From positions 1,664,001 through 1,728,000 of the forward strand of contig OY762492.1 of NCBI GenBank assembly GCA_963665845.2: a stretch of 64,000 nt of DNA, written 5' to 3'. Shown here piece by piece: positions 1 through 10,389 of this stretch; within the stretch, counting starts at the first letter, position 1, and every line of letters starts with the position of its first letter. The notes under the pieces are model-generated. The model was given only the letters and a program-made list of their open reading frames with translations. It was not told the origin of the DNA and did not search any database. The translations under genes and the position numbers were made by a program. The stretch comes from Candidatus Poribacteria bacterium (lineage in GTDB: Bacteria; Poribacteria; WGA-4E; GCA-2687025).

Positions 1-266
1 GCCTTGCGCCCGTGTCCGCACAGCTGGATCGGCAGCCCGCGCGCGCGTTCTTTTTCGCCGAGGTTGAACTCGCATGAGGCGCAGTCGCCGCTGTCGCGCA
101 GGAAGCCCGACAGCATTGGGCATGCGACGCAGACGCTCGGTCCGACCTGTTTACGGCGTATTTTGCGCGGGCGCGCCTCAAAAAGCTTCTCGATCAAACG
201 CATTGGAGTGTTCATTTCAAATTGCCGATCTGCATGCGCGCTGCGCCATGCCGCGCCCTCAAACGC

Positions 267-2243
267 TTAACCTTCGCCGCCGATTTTCACTCGTTGATTC
301 AAAATTGCCAGCAGACGCTGCAGCGGTATTCCGTGAATGACCCGCCCGTTTCTGCCTTTCATCGTTTTGCCTGCCGCGACCGCGTTCACGATCGCTTCTT
401 CGGTCGCTTCCACCGCCGCTCGAAACAGGGAGGTCAAATGGGAGTCCGCAAACACAGGGCGCGTATAGGTCGGCTCGTCTGGAAAATGCGGTATCTCCGC
501 CGCTGTTGAAAACGCGGCGACAAAATCTCCGCTGCCATGCGATCCGACCGCCCCGGTACGCGCCAATCCAAAAGCGGCGCGTTTGCAAACCCGTTTCAAC
601 TGACGGGATGTCAATGGAGCGTCGGTCGCAAGAACGATCACAAACGACCCTTCCGACGGACCCCATTCAGGCATGAGGTCAGTGATCATTCGACCCACTG
701 GAACGCCGTCCACGCGAAACTCATGGCGGCGTCCGCCGTTCGCCAAGACCAGCGCGCCCAAAGTGTAGCCGTCGTCGGTCATGCGCGAGGCGGTTCCGAT
801 CCCCGCCTTGAACGAATACGCCCTCATACCCGTCCCCGCGCCGACGGAGCCTTCCGCCACATGCCCGCCCGCCGCCGATTCAATCGCCTGTATCGTGTGC
901 GCTTCGGTAACATAGCGCGCTTGCGCGTCGGTCATTCCAGCGTCGTTGCATTCCATGACAAACGGCAAAACGACATCGTCCCATCGCCCCATATCGGGAT
1001 AATGTTTCGCCGTCCAGCTGACAACGCCGTTGGCGACGCGGGGGACGTTCAAGGTTCCTGTCAACAGAATCGGCGTTTCAAGCCATCCCGATTCGTTCAC
1101 CCAGTGGGCGCCGGTCATGGCTCCGTTGCCGTTGATGTTGAAGGTCGCGGCGGCGACTTTTCGGTTCCAGACATCGTCGCGCGGGACGACGGCGGTTACG
1201 CCGGTGCGCGCCGCGTTTTCTCCTTCGCCGAAGTTGACCGTCACATGCCCGACCTTCACGCCCGCCACGTCTGTGATGGCGTTCAAGGGACCTGTCGGCA
1301 TCATGCCGAGCTCTATGCCAAAATCGCGCAGGCGCGGCGCCGCGCCCTCTTCAGTCGGCTCAGTCGGCTTTGAAAGCGGAAGGTCAGGCTTGCCCGCCCG
1401 TTCCCATGCGGTCAGCCAGAACCGCGCGGACGTTTCCGCCGCTTTGCGTATCTGCGACTCCAGCGTCTCTCCGCTCATTTTCCATAGCCGGTTGAAATAC
1501 TCGTCGTTCTTTTCTAGGTTTCCGGTTAAGCCGCTCCGCGCCCTGCGGTCATGGTTCAACAGCAAAAAATGGAGCGCGTATGAATCCATGACCGCCTCAA
1601 AGACGGCGTCATACGGCTTTTCAACCGTCTGCCCCGCTTCAATCTTGGGGGCGGGCGCCGCTTTCAGTTGCACCTCATACCGCTGCACTAGGTTCCATTC
1701 CCACAGCGCGTCGGCGTGGGGCTGCCCCGTTTTTCTGCCGTTGAAGTTCATGACGCAGTGGTAGGGCTGATACGGCTTGGCGGCGTAAAACGCATGCGCT
1801 CCGAGCGCGGCGGCGATCTTCTCCGAATCGCCCGACTTGAACGCCTGCGTCAGAACATCCAGATAGGAGACAATGCGCCACGGCAAACGTCCATACTTGT
1901 CAAACGTCTCCTCGCCAAACTTCTCGACCGCCGCTTCGTATTCGCGCGGCAGCTCATTGAACGGGTAGGGTCCGAATCCTACATAGTCGATGTCGAAATA
2001 GTGGTTGGCGTGTTCGTTTTGATGTTCAAGGTCTTCGCTTTCGCGCCACAGGTACGGGTCGATGGCATGCTGAACGATCTTGTCCTGGTTTTCGACAAAG
2101 AAGGCGCGGACCGGCTCCGGCATCGCCTCGCACGCTTTTTGGGCGATGAGTCGGTGCGCCTCATGCCCCCACCCATGAGCGACGCCCGCCGCCAACAAGA
2201 ACGCCCCAAACGCCGCCCAACACCGAACTTTCCATCGAATCAT
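267..2243 (-). CDS. Secreted fusion: S1/P1 nuclease (Zn-phospholipase C-like) domain + DmpA/P1-family (S58) aminopeptidase
   Basis: Signal peptide, then WGHEAH...HYFDID...GRLPW (S1/P1-like). The C-terminal half has GPLNAITDVAGVKVGH, EGSVGAGTGM, GS nucleophile site and HGSGD, typical of DmpA. Confidence 0.8.
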   Translation of the reverse strand: MIRWKVRCWAAFGAFLLAAGVAHGWGHEAHRLIAQKACEAMPEPVRAFFVENQDKIVQHAIDPYLWRESEDLEHQNEHANHYFDIDYVGFGPYPFNELPREYEAAVEKFGEETFDKYGRLPWRIVSYLDVLTQAFKSGDSEKIAAALGAHAFYAAKPYQPYHCVMNFNGRKTGQPHADALWEWNLVQRYEVQLKAAPAPKIEAGQTVEKPYDAVFEAVMDSYALHFLLLNHDRRARSGLTGNLEKNDEYFNRLWKMSGETLESQIRKAAETSARFWLTAWERAGKPDLPLSKPTEPTEEGAAPRLRDFGIELGMMPTGPLNAITDVAGVKVGHVTVNFGEGENAARTGVTAVVPRDDVWNRKVAAATFNINGNGAMTGAHWVNESGWLETPILLTGTLNVPRVANGVVSWTAKHYPDMGRWDDVVLPFVMECNDAGMTDAQARYVTEAHTIQAIESAAGGHVAEGSVGAGTGMRAYSFKAGIGTASRMTDDGYTLGALVLANGGRRHEFRVDGVPVGRMITDLMPEWGPSEGSFVIVLATDAPLTSRQLKRVCKRAAFGLARTGAVGSHGSGDFVAAFSTAAEIPHFPDEPTYTRPVFADSHLTSLFRAAVEATEEAIVNAVAAGKTMKGRNGRVIHGIPLQRLLAILNQRVKIGGEG

Positions 2244-2406
2244 ACGCGCCCTCTCTCAAACAGCAAACGCCTATCCGCTTCCTGTTTAGTTTATCCAAAA
2301 ACGGCGGCGGGCGCAAACCTTGCGGCGCCGTTTCGTCTGTAACCCGTTCCCGCTGGACTCGTTTATGTAAGCGCGGCTGTTTTATGGATTGCAAGGAGAA
2401 ATGCGC

Positions 2407-2820
2407 ATGGCGAGCGTTTATCTGTATTTCAACGGCAAGTGCCGAGAAGCGTTTGAGTTTTATCAGTCTGTTTTTGGCGGCGAGTTTTCAGCCTTCTCCG
2501 TCTTCCGCGACGCCCCCATTGAGATGCCCGGCGTTCCCGAAGCGGATATGGACAACATCATGCATGTCTGCTTGCCGGTCGGCGGGGGCGAGCTGATGGG
2601 CAGCGATCTTCCGGAGTCGTTCGATCTGCGCCCCGGCAACAACTTCGCCGTCAACGTCATTCTTGACACGCGGGAGGAGACGGAGGCGGTCTTTGCGGCG
2701 CTGTCGGAGGGCGGCATCGTTTATCAGCCGATGGAAGACGCCTTCTGGGGCGGCGTCTTCGGCGCCTGCGCGGATCAGTTCGGCGTCATGTGGCATATCA
2801 ACTGGGGCGGCGGGTCGTGA
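2407..2820 (+). CDS. VOC/PhnB-family protein
   Basis: YLYFNGKCREAFEFYQSVFGGE, IMH, FWG...DQFGVMW motifs; AAGGAG RBS at 2393-2398. Confidence 0.88.
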   Translation: MASVYLYFNGKCREAFEFYQSVFGGEFSAFSVFRDAPIEMPGVPEADMDNIMHVCLPVGGGELMGSDLPESFDLRPGNNFAVNVILDTREETEAVFAALSEGGIVYQPMEDAFWGGVFGACADQFGVMWHINWGGGS

Positions 2821-2896
2821 GGACGGGCGCGCGGCTTTGACATTGGGTTTTTAGCGGCGGCGCGCGCAGATGGATGATGCGCTATGCCGCGTTTTT

Positions 2897-3964
2897 TCAA
2901 GAAAGGGGCCACCGCTGTACGGCGTCGCAATTCGTCGCCGCGGCGAGCGTCTTGCCGTCCGGCGAAAACGCCACATCCAGGATCGTCAGCATCAACCCGT
3001 CCATCTCGCGGAGCAGCTCCCGAAGCTCCACATCCCACAGCCGCGCGGCGTTGCTGTCGCTGCCGGTCGCAAGCGTTTTGCCGTCCGGCGAAAACGCGAG
3101 CGAAATCACCGCGTCTTTGTTGACGCCCCAAGCGACCGTCTTTGGCGACGGATCGGAGCCTGGAAAAGCCGCCAGCCGCTCTCCCGTCTTGACATCCCAC
3201 AACAGCGCGGCGTTGTCGTTCCCGCCGGACGCCAGCAGCGACCCGTCCGGCGAAAACGCAAGCGAGAGGACATCGTCCGTATGCCCCTCCAATGCTGCTG
3301 TCAGCGTTTCCGTTTCAACGTCCCACAACAGGACGGAGCGGTCATATCCGCCGGCGGCGAGCGTCTTGCCGTCCGGCGACAAGGCGGCGGCGCCGTTTCC
3401 TTCAAAGGTTTTCAACATCTCGGCGGTTTCAACATCCCACAGCCGAACAAGGTTGTCGGCGGCGCCTGTGACCAAACTCTTGCCGTCCGGCGAAAACGCG
3501 AGCATACCGACCGCATCCTCATGCGGCAGGCTCTTCATCAGCGTCGGCGTCTCAACGCTCTGTTGTCGAGCGCTTTTTCCGTCCGGCTTTTCGGTCGTCC
3601 AAACGATGACAACAGGCTCATAGAATTCGGAGTCGACGCTCCATAGATGGACGGCATTATTGACCCCGCCGCCGGCGGCGAGCGTTTTGCCGTCGGGAGA
3701 AAAGGCGACCGCCCGCACAGGCGCATCATGCGTCAGCGATCGGAGATGCGCGCCAGTGTCAGCGTCCCAAAGGCGAACCGACCGATCCCATCCGCCTGTC
3801 GCTAAGAGCGTTCCGTCCGGCGAATACGCGACTGAACAGATATAGCTCGTATGTCCATGAACGGCAACCCCCTCAATATAATGGGGTATATGGTATTTAC
3901 TCCGCTCAACCTGTCGATGCCGCATCTTTTCAAATATGATCGGATTCACTGATCTACCATTCAT
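2897..3964 (-). CDS. WD40 repeat protein
   Basis: Repeated GH...VAFSPDGKTLA...LWD units. Confidence 0.9.
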   Translation of the reverse strand: MNGRSVNPIIFEKMRHRQVERSKYHIPHYIEGVAVHGHTSYICSVAYSPDGTLLATGGWDRSVRLWDADTGAHLRSLTHDAPVRAVAFSPDGKTLAAGGGVNNAVHLWSVDSEFYEPVVIVWTTEKPDGKSARQQSVETPTLMKSLPHEDAVGMLAFSPDGKSLVTGAADNLVRLWDVETAEMLKTFEGNGAAALSPDGKTLAAGGYDRSVLLWDVETETLTAALEGHTDDVLSLAFSPDGSLLASGGNDNAALLWDVKTGERLAAFPGSDPSPKTVAWGVNKDAVISLAFSPDGKTLATGSDSNAARLWDVELRELLREMDGLMLTILDVAFSPDGKTLAAATNCDAVQRWPLS

Positions 3965-4082
3965 TGAGAAATGGGGTCAAAGTATAGAGCCGTCTTATAT
4001 TTAAAATAGAACAAAGGCAAGGGATGGAGTCGTCCTAGGAGGGGCGGGAAAGCGTCCGCAGCTCCCGCCCTTCCGCCGCCTA

Positions 4083-5120
4083 TCAGGAAAGGTCCCAGAG
4101 CTGGACGGTGTCGTAGAAGGTCGCCGCGGCGAGCGTCTTGCCGTCCGGCGAAAACGCGACATCGTAGACCGTCAGCGTCATCCCGTCCAGCTCTCGAAGC
4201 AGCTCCCGGCGCTCCGCATCCCAAAGCCGTATCGTGTCGCCGGCGCCGGTCGCGAGCGTCTTGCTGTCCAGCGAAAACGCAAGCGAGGCGACATAGCCTT
4301 TGTAAGATCCCCATGCGGTTGTTAGCGCCGACGGGTCAGTACCTTCAAAAGACGCCAGCCGTTTGCCCGTCTTGACCTCCCACAACAGCGCGGCGTTGTC
4401 GTTCCCGCCTGACGCCAGCAGCGTTCCGTCCGGCGAAAAGGCGACCGACAGGACATCGTCCGTATGCCCTTCCAAGGTTGCTGTCAATGCTTCCGTTTCA
4501 ACGTCCCACAACAGGACGGAGCGGTCATGTCCGCCGGCTGCGATCGTCTTGCCGTCCGGCGACAAGGCGGCCGCCGCGGTTCCCTCAAAGGTTTTCAACA
4601 GCTCGGCGGTTTCAACATTCCACAGCCGAACAAGATTGTCGGCGGCGCCCGTGACCAGTGTCTTGCCGTCAGAAGAAAAAACGGACGATCTGACCATGCC
4701 CCCATGCGGCAGCATTTCATGACGCTTGATTTCCTCGAAGCTCTTCCGTTCGACGCGCCGTCCATCCGGCTCGGTCGACCATGTAGTGGTGATGGAGCGT
4801 TCAACGGGTTCGTAGTCGACGCTCCATAGCATGACTTCGTTTTCTTCGGAGCCGGCGGCGAGCGTCTTGCTGTCGGGCGAAAAGGCGAGCGTCCAGACGG
4901 AACCTTTCAGCGATGTTGAGCGAATCTGCGCGCCTGTGTCGGCGTCCCACAGCCGAATCGTCTTGTCCCATCCGCCGGTCGCCAACAGCTTCCCGTCCGG
5001 CGAAAAAGCGGCTGAAAAGATGTGGCTGTCATGCCCCAAAATAGCGATGCCGTCTTCATAATGCGGAATCTGGAAGTTGCCCGATTCCAGCTGCCGCGTT
5101 CGCATTTCTTGAAAAGCCAT
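4083..5120 (-). CDS. WD40 repeat protein, tandem paralog of 2897-3964
   Basis: Same repeat pattern, colinear with the neighbour, including the IPHY N-terminus and the loop insertion. Confidence 0.9.
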   Translation of the reverse strand: MAFQEMRTRQLESGNFQIPHYEDGIAILGHDSHIFSAAFSPDGKLLATGGWDKTIRLWDADTGAQIRSTSLKGSVWTLAFSPDSKTLAAGSEENEVMLWSVDYEPVERSITTTWSTEPDGRRVERKSFEEIKRHEMLPHGGMVRSSVFSSDGKTLVTGAADNLVRLWNVETAELLKTFEGTAAAALSPDGKTIAAGGHDRSVLLWDVETEALTATLEGHTDDVLSVAFSPDGTLLASGGNDNAALLWEVKTGKRLASFEGTDPSALTTAWGSYKGYVASLAFSLDSKTLATGAGDTIRLWDAERRELLRELDGMTLTVYDVAFSPDGKTLAAATFYDTVQLWDLS

Positions 5121-5211
5121 TTCGTTGTCCTCCGTTCATCTGAAAGCGGTCTCATCGCATGATTGTCTGTAGAGAATAACATGAGCGCCGAGCTGAGTCA
5201 AGCGGCGCTAA

Positions 5212-5302
5212 AACCCCCCTAGCCCCCCTTTTCAAGGGGGGAATCGGAGAGCGGCCCTTTTCAAGGGGGAATCGGAGGGGCGCCCTTGAAAAGGGGAATC
5301 GG
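5212..5302. repeat. Cluster of REP-like palindromes, family B (CCCCTTGAAAAGGGG). Other copies near 12060, 24325/25600, 31710, 41585, 42680, 49775, 56545, 62906
   Basis: Three hairpin copies here; dispersed intergenic copies read directly. Confidence 0.85.
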
Positions 5303-5406
5303 ACGCGGCGGCTTCCCGCCCGGATGTTGACAGATATGCCGAACGGCGCCATAGTGTTTTGAATCCGCGCAGAGACGCGGCATCAACCTTGCAAGGAGCC
5401 TCGCCG

Positions 5407-6447
5407 ATGTGGACAGACCTCTCCAACCTTTACCTTGACCGAGACGCCGAATCGCGTTCGTTGACCGCCGAAAACCCGACCGGAGCCGTCGGAAAAGGCG
5501 CCATGGACGACCCAAACGGACACGGACCCGCCCGCGAACTGGGCGTCGGATGGAAAGTGACCCCCTGCATTCAACTAGGAGCGGGCGAAACCGCGACCAT
5601 CATGAACAACGAAGGGCCGGGCGTCGTCCGCCATATCTGGCTCACCTTCCCCGAATCGCACTACAGGCGTCTCATCCTGCGCGTCTACTGGGACGGCGAC
5701 GACCAGCCCTCCATCGAAGCGCCCCTCGGCGACTTCATGTGCAACGCATGGAACACGCGCCAAAACATCCTCTCCATCCCCATGAACGTCAACCCGTCCG
5801 GCGGCATGAACTGCTACTTCCCGATGCCGTTTCAAAAGCATGCGAAGATCGCGATTGAAAACGACTCGACGGAAGACCTCAGCCACCTCTTTTATACGAT
5901 CAACTACACTCTGGAATCGGTTCCCGACGACGCGCTCTATTTCCACGCGCAGTGGCGGCGAACCAACCCGCTCCCCTACGGCGAGGAATATCTCATGGCG
6001 GACGGCATCCAAGGGCGCGGGCAGTATGTCGGAACCTTCATGGCGTGGCAACAGAACAACGCCGGCTGGTGGGGCGAAGGCGAGATCAAAATGTATCTGG
6101 ACGGCGACGACCCGCACCCGACCATCTGCGGCACCGGGACGGAAGATTACTTCGGCGGCGCATGGTGCTTCGGCGCCAACTTCAGCGCCCCGTATCTCGG
6201 CTTTGACCAAGTCCATGGCAGGTCGGGCGAGGTCGGCGCGCGGATGACGCTCTACAGGTTCCACGCCCTGGACCCCGTCTATTTCAAGAAAAGCCTGCGC
6301 GTGACGATGCAGGCGCTCGGCTGGCGCTCGGAGGGGCGGTTCCTGCCGCTTCAGGACGACATCTCATCCGTCGTCTACTGGTACCAGACGCTGCCGCATG
6401 CGCCGCTCCCGCCGCTGCCGAGCCGCAACGACCGAGAGATCATCTAA
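5407..6447 (+). CDS. DUF2961 / glycoside hydrolase family 172 protein
   Basis: GPGVVRHIW, NCYFPMPF, WWGEGE, GTGTEDYF motifs; AAGGAG RBS. Confidence 0.9.
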   Translation: MWTDLSNLYLDRDAESRSLTAENPTGAVGKGAMDDPNGHGPARELGVGWKVTPCIQLGAGETATIMNNEGPGVVRHIWLTFPESHYRRLILRVYWDGDDQPSIEAPLGDFMCNAWNTRQNILSIPMNVNPSGGMNCYFPMPFQKHAKIAIENDSTEDLSHLFYTINYTLESVPDDALYFHAQWRRTNPLPYGEEYLMADGIQGRGQYVGTFMAWQQNNAGWWGEGEIKMYLDGDDPHPTICGTGTEDYFGGAWCFGANFSAPYLGFDQVHGRSGEVGARMTLYRFHALDPVYFKKSLRVTMQALGWRSEGRFLPLQDDISSVVYWYQTLPHAPLPPLPSRNDREII

Positions 6448-6456
6448 CAAAGGAGA

Positions 6457-7272
6457 ATGCCCATGCCGATTCAGGTTGTCATCAACGGAGCCGCCGGGAA
6501 AATGGGGCGCATGATCGCCGCCGGCGTCCATCGCCAGGACGATATGCGGGTTGCCGCCGGCGTAGAGGCGCCCGGCTCCCCGTTTGTTGGACAGGACGCG
6601 GGCGAACTGGCGGGCGTCGGGTCTCTGGACGCGCCCATCGTCGAGTCGCTGGAAACGGTCATCGACAAGGCGGACGTTCTGATCGAGTTCACGCGCCCCG
6701 AACCGACGCTCCAGCATCTGCGCATCGCCGCGCGTACCGAAACGCCGTTTGTGATTGCGACCACCGGCTTTGAAGAGAAGGAGCTGGCGGAAATCAACGC
6801 GCTGGCGAAGCAGACGCCGACCGTCATGGCGGCGAATTACAGCGTCGGCGTCAACACGCTCATCAAGGCGGTCGCCCTCGTCGCCGAGACGCTCGGAGAC
6901 GCCTACGACATTGAAATCGTAGAGGCGCACCACAACGAGAAGGTGGACGCGCCCAGCGGAACTGCCGTCGTTCTGGCGGACGCCGCCGCGGAGGCGGTCG
7001 GACGCGCGATGCGCGACTTCGGCGTCTACGGGCGGCATGGGATCGTCGGCGCGCGGACGCCCAAGGAGATCGGAGTCCATGCCGTGCGCGGCGGAGACAT
7101 CGTCGGCGATCACACCGTCATGTTCGCGGGGAAAGGCGAACGGATCGAACTGACACACCGCGCGCAAAGCCGAGAAGCGTTTGCCAGCGGCGCCATCCGA
7201 GCGGCGCGCTGGATCGTCTCGGCGCCGAAGGGGCTGCACAGCTTCAACGACGTTCTCTTCGGGCAAGATTAA
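6457..7272 (+). CDS. dapB: 4-hydroxy-tetrahydrodipicolinate reductase
   Basis: GAAGKMG, EAHHNEKVDAPSGTA, RGGDIVGDH motifs. Confidence 0.97.
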   Translation: MPMPIQVVINGAAGKMGRMIAAGVHRQDDMRVAAGVEAPGSPFVGQDAGELAGVGSLDAPIVESLETVIDKADVLIEFTRPEPTLQHLRIAARTETPFVIATTGFEEKELAEINALAKQTPTVMAANYSVGVNTLIKAVALVAETLGDAYDIEIVEAHHNEKVDAPSGTAVVLADAAAEAVGRAMRDFGVYGRHGIVGARTPKEIGVHAVRGGDIVGDHTVMFAGKGERIELTHRAQSREAFASGAIRAARWIVSAPKGLHSFNDVLFGQD

Positions 7273-7319
7273 CGCTATACTGCGGACGCTGCAAGTTGAA
7301 CGCATGAGAAAGACGGAGC

Positions 7320-10300
7320 ATGCCTGATTTTTTCAAAGAGCCGATACTGAACTCGCCCTATGAGGAGCCGACGCGCCACTGGGAGCTGGACGAAAAAGGG
7401 CAGCCAACGACGGTTATCCAGAAAGGACGTCGAAGAGCGGACTTCATCACGCCGATACCGAAGGCGAGGCGAGAGCAGGCGAGGTTCGCCATTGATGAAG
7501 GGTACGGGCTGACAACCGACGATCAGCATTACCATGCGTCCATCATCAACCGGATACGGGAGAGAGTGGACGAGTGGCGGGCTTTGCCTGACGAGAAGAG
7601 CTGGCGCGTCTCTCCTCATACGGCGGCGCTATTGAAGCATTGGAGGGCGGGACGGTTTATCAGCTTCAGACCCTTCTTCTGTCAAATGGAGGCGGTTGAA
7701 ACGATCATCTGGCTGACGGAGGTTGCGCCAAAGTTTAACAATCGCGCCGTCAAGGAAATACTAGACAATATCAAAAAGGCGAACGAGGAGGCGAATCCGA
7801 ACCTCAACCGCCTCGCGCTCAAAATGGCGACCGGCGCCGGCAAAACGGCCGTCATGGCGATGCTGATCGCATGGCAGACGGTGAACGCTGTTCGGATGTC
7901 TCGAAGCCCCCGGTTCACGAAGGGGTTTTTGGCGGTCGCGCCCGGCATCACCATCAAAGACAGGCTGCGCGTTCTTCTCCCGAACGATCCCGACAACTAC
8001 TATATTCAGCGTCAGCTCGTCCCAGACAGCATGAGAGGCGACATCAAAAAGGCTAAAGTTGTCATCACAAACTACCATGCGTTCAAAAAGAAGGAACGGC
8101 TCGAAATACAAACAGGGGCGCGCAAGCTGCTGGACCGCGGGGCGCGCGTCAACAGGGATGAAACGGACGGGCAGATGCTGCGGCGCATCATGCCTGAACT
8201 CATGAACATGAAAAACATTTTCATCATGAACGACGAGGCGCACCACTGTTACCGAGAAAAGCCTGAAGCGGAAGCGGAACAGAAAGCGCTCAAAGGGGAT
8301 GAAAAGCAGGAAGCGAAGAACAACCGAGAAGCGGCGCGCCTCTGGATCAACGGCCTCGAAGCGGTCGGACGAACGCTCGGTCCGAACCCCGCGCGCGTCA
8401 TCGACCTGTCGGCAACGCCGTTTTTTCTGCGCGGTTCAGGATACGCCGAAGGGACGCTGTTTCCATGGACGATGAGCGACTTCTCGCTCATGGACGCCAT
8501 CGAATGCGGCATTGTGAAGCTGCCGCGCGTTCCCGTTGACGACAACCTGTCTGACGAGATGCCGACGCTGCGAAACCTCTGGGAGCATATCGCCAAGGAT
8601 ATGCCGAAAAAAGGGCGCAGCAGTTCCCAAACTCTTGACCCTCAACGTCTTCCGAACGAACTGCAAACAGCGTTGGAAGCGGTGTACGGGCATTACAGCA
8701 GGACCTTTGATCAGCATAAAGACGCAGAATTCGAGGTTCTGCCATGCTTCATCGTCGTCTGCAGTAACACCGCCTCCTCCAAGCTGGTGTACGACTACAT
8801 CGCGGGGTACTGGCGGGAAGATCAGAACGGCAAGCCTCATTTTACACAGGGCAAGTTCGAACTGCTGCGCAACTACAACGACGAAGGCAGCCCATTTCCG
8901 ACGCCGAATACGCTGCTCATCGACAGCCGCCAGCTGGAGTCGGGCGACGCGCTGACGTCTGAATTCCGCAAAGCAGCCGACGAAGAAATTGAGCGGTTCC
9001 GGCGTGAAATCACGCGCAGAACAGGGCAGCCCGTCTCCAAAAAGAACATCACCGACGCGCAGATACTGCGCGAAGTGATGAACACCGTCGGCAAAAAGGG
9101 GCAGCTCGGCGCCGATATTCGATGCGTCGTCTCCGTCTCCATGCTGACGGAGGGATGGGACGCGAACAACGTCACGCATATTCTGGGCGTCCGCGCCTTC
9201 GGAACGCAGCTGCTCTGCGAGCAGGTGGTCGGGCGCGCCTTGCGAAGGCAGTCGTATGATCTGAACGACAAGGGGCTATTCAACGTTGAATACGCAGACA
9301 TACTGGGCGTGCCGTTCGACTTCACCGCAAAGCCTGTCCCCGCGCCGCTGACTCCCCCGATCAAAACGACGATGATTCAGGCGCAAAGCCCCGAACGAGA
9401 CGCGCTTGAGATACGCTTTCCGCAGGTCATGGGCTACCGCGTCGACAAGCCGAACGACCGGCTAGCGTTTGAGTTCACCGACGAATCGAAGCTGACGCTG
9501 ACGCCTGACATGGTCGGGCCGACCGTCACGCTCAACGAAGGCATTGTCGGCGAGGGAACCGAACTGACCTTGAATCATCTGAAAACGCGCCGCGCGCAGG
9601 AGGTGGAATATAGCTTGACGCACTACATCTTGATGAAGCGATGGCGCGAACAGGGCGAGGACCCTAGAATGCATCTATTCGGGCAGCTGAAGCGGATTGT
9701 GCAAGCATGGATAAACGAATGCTTTGAATGCAAAGGCGGCACGATGCCGGCGCAGTTGATGTGGCGCAGCGTCGCCGACATGGCATACGAGCGCATTGAG
9801 GCGGCCGTCACGCGCGCCAGCGGCGGAGAGAATCAAATCAAGGCGATACTGAACCCTTACAACGCATTCGGCTCCACCGCGGATGTTCAATTCAAGACCG
9901 CCAAAACGGACCTTTACCGGACCGATCCGCGAAAGTGCCATCTGAATTACGCAGTTCTGGATTCGGGTTGGGAGGCGGAGTTTTGCCGCGCCGCCGAGGC
10001 GCATCCGCGCGTCAAAGCGTATGTGAAAAACGCGGGTCTCGGATTTGAAATTCCTTACAGGTCGGGCGGACAGCGGCGCGTCTATCTGCCCGATTATATC
10101 GTCCAGATCGACGACGGGCGGGGAGAAGAGGATCCGCTGAACCTTGTCGTTGAAATCAAAGGGCTGAAACGCGAATCGGACAGAGAGAAGATCGACGCGG
10201 CGAAAACCTACTGGGTTCCGGGCGTCAACAACCGAGGCGGATGCGGACGCTGGGACTTCATTGAGCTGGACGACCTGTTCGAGATAGAAGCGGAGCTGAA

Positions 10301-10328
10301 GCGGTTGATTCAAGAAAAAAGCAGTTGA
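7320..10328 (+). CDS. Type III restriction enzyme Res subunit (DEAD-like helicase + PD-(D/E)xK nuclease)
   Basis: MATGAGKT, DEAHH, SAT, MLTEGWD, EQVVGRALR, and C-terminal YLPDY...VEIKG. Confidence 0.9.
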   Translation: MPDFFKEPILNSPYEEPTRHWELDEKGQPTTVIQKGRRRADFITPIPKARREQARFAIDEGYGLTTDDQHYHASIINRIRERVDEWRALPDEKSWRVSPHTAALLKHWRAGRFISFRPFFCQMEAVETIIWLTEVAPKFNNRAVKEILDNIKKANEEANPNLNRLALKMATGAGKTAVMAMLIAWQTVNAVRMSRSPRFTKGFLAVAPGITIKDRLRVLLPNDPDNYYIQRQLVPDSMRGDIKKAKVVITNYHAFKKKERLEIQTGARKLLDRGARVNRDETDGQMLRRIMPELMNMKNIFIMNDEAHHCYREKPEAEAEQKALKGDEKQEAKNNREAARLWINGLEAVGRTLGPNPARVIDLSATPFFLRGSGYAEGTLFPWTMSDFSLMDAIECGIVKLPRVPVDDNLSDEMPTLRNLWEHIAKDMPKKGRSSSQTLDPQRLPNELQTALEAVYGHYSRTFDQHKDAEFEVLPCFIVVCSNTASSKLVYDYIAGYWREDQNGKPHFTQGKFELLRNYNDEGSPFPTPNTLLIDSRQLESGDALTSEFRKAADEEIERFRREITRRTGQPVSKKNITDAQILREVMNTVGKKGQLGADIRCVVSVSMLTEGWDANNVTHILGVRAFGTQLLCEQVVGRALRRQSYDLNDKGLFNVEYADILGVPFDFTAKPVPAPLTPPIKTTMIQAQSPERDALEIRFPQVMGYRVDKPNDRLAFEFTDESKLTLTPDMVGPTVTLNEGIVGEGTELTLNHLKTRRAQEVEYSLTHYILMKRWREQGEDPRMHLFGQLKRIVQAWINECFECKGGTMPAQLMWRSVADMAYERIEAAVTRASGGENQIKAILNPYNAFGSTADVQFKTAKTDLYRTDPRKCHLNYAVLDSGWEAEFCRAAEAHPRVKAYVKNAGLGFEIPYRSGGQRRVYLPDYIVQIDDGRGEEDPLNLVVEIKGLKRESDREKIDAAKTYWVPGVNNRGGCGRWDFIELDDLFEIEAELKRLIQEKSS

Positions 10329-10354
10329 CAACGCCCAGCGCCGCGTCTCATAAT
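10325..10354 (+). promoter_or_regulatory. Sigma70-type promoter of the antitoxin-PIN cassette
   Basis: TTGACA-N18-CATAAT; related promoters at 15382-15410, 26412-26440, 28003-28032, 28581-28610. Confidence 0.6.
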
Positions 10355-10389
10355 CTAACAGCGCAATAGGGCGGCGATTGGAGGCGGAC

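Noticed and set aside
537-1764. Long antisense or alternate-frame ORFs (also 19280-20605, 35453-36382, 39944-41266, 46228-47283, 50295-51227)
   Set aside because: Shadows of real genes in GC-rich DNA with no family motifs, unlike the nested ORF at 14617.
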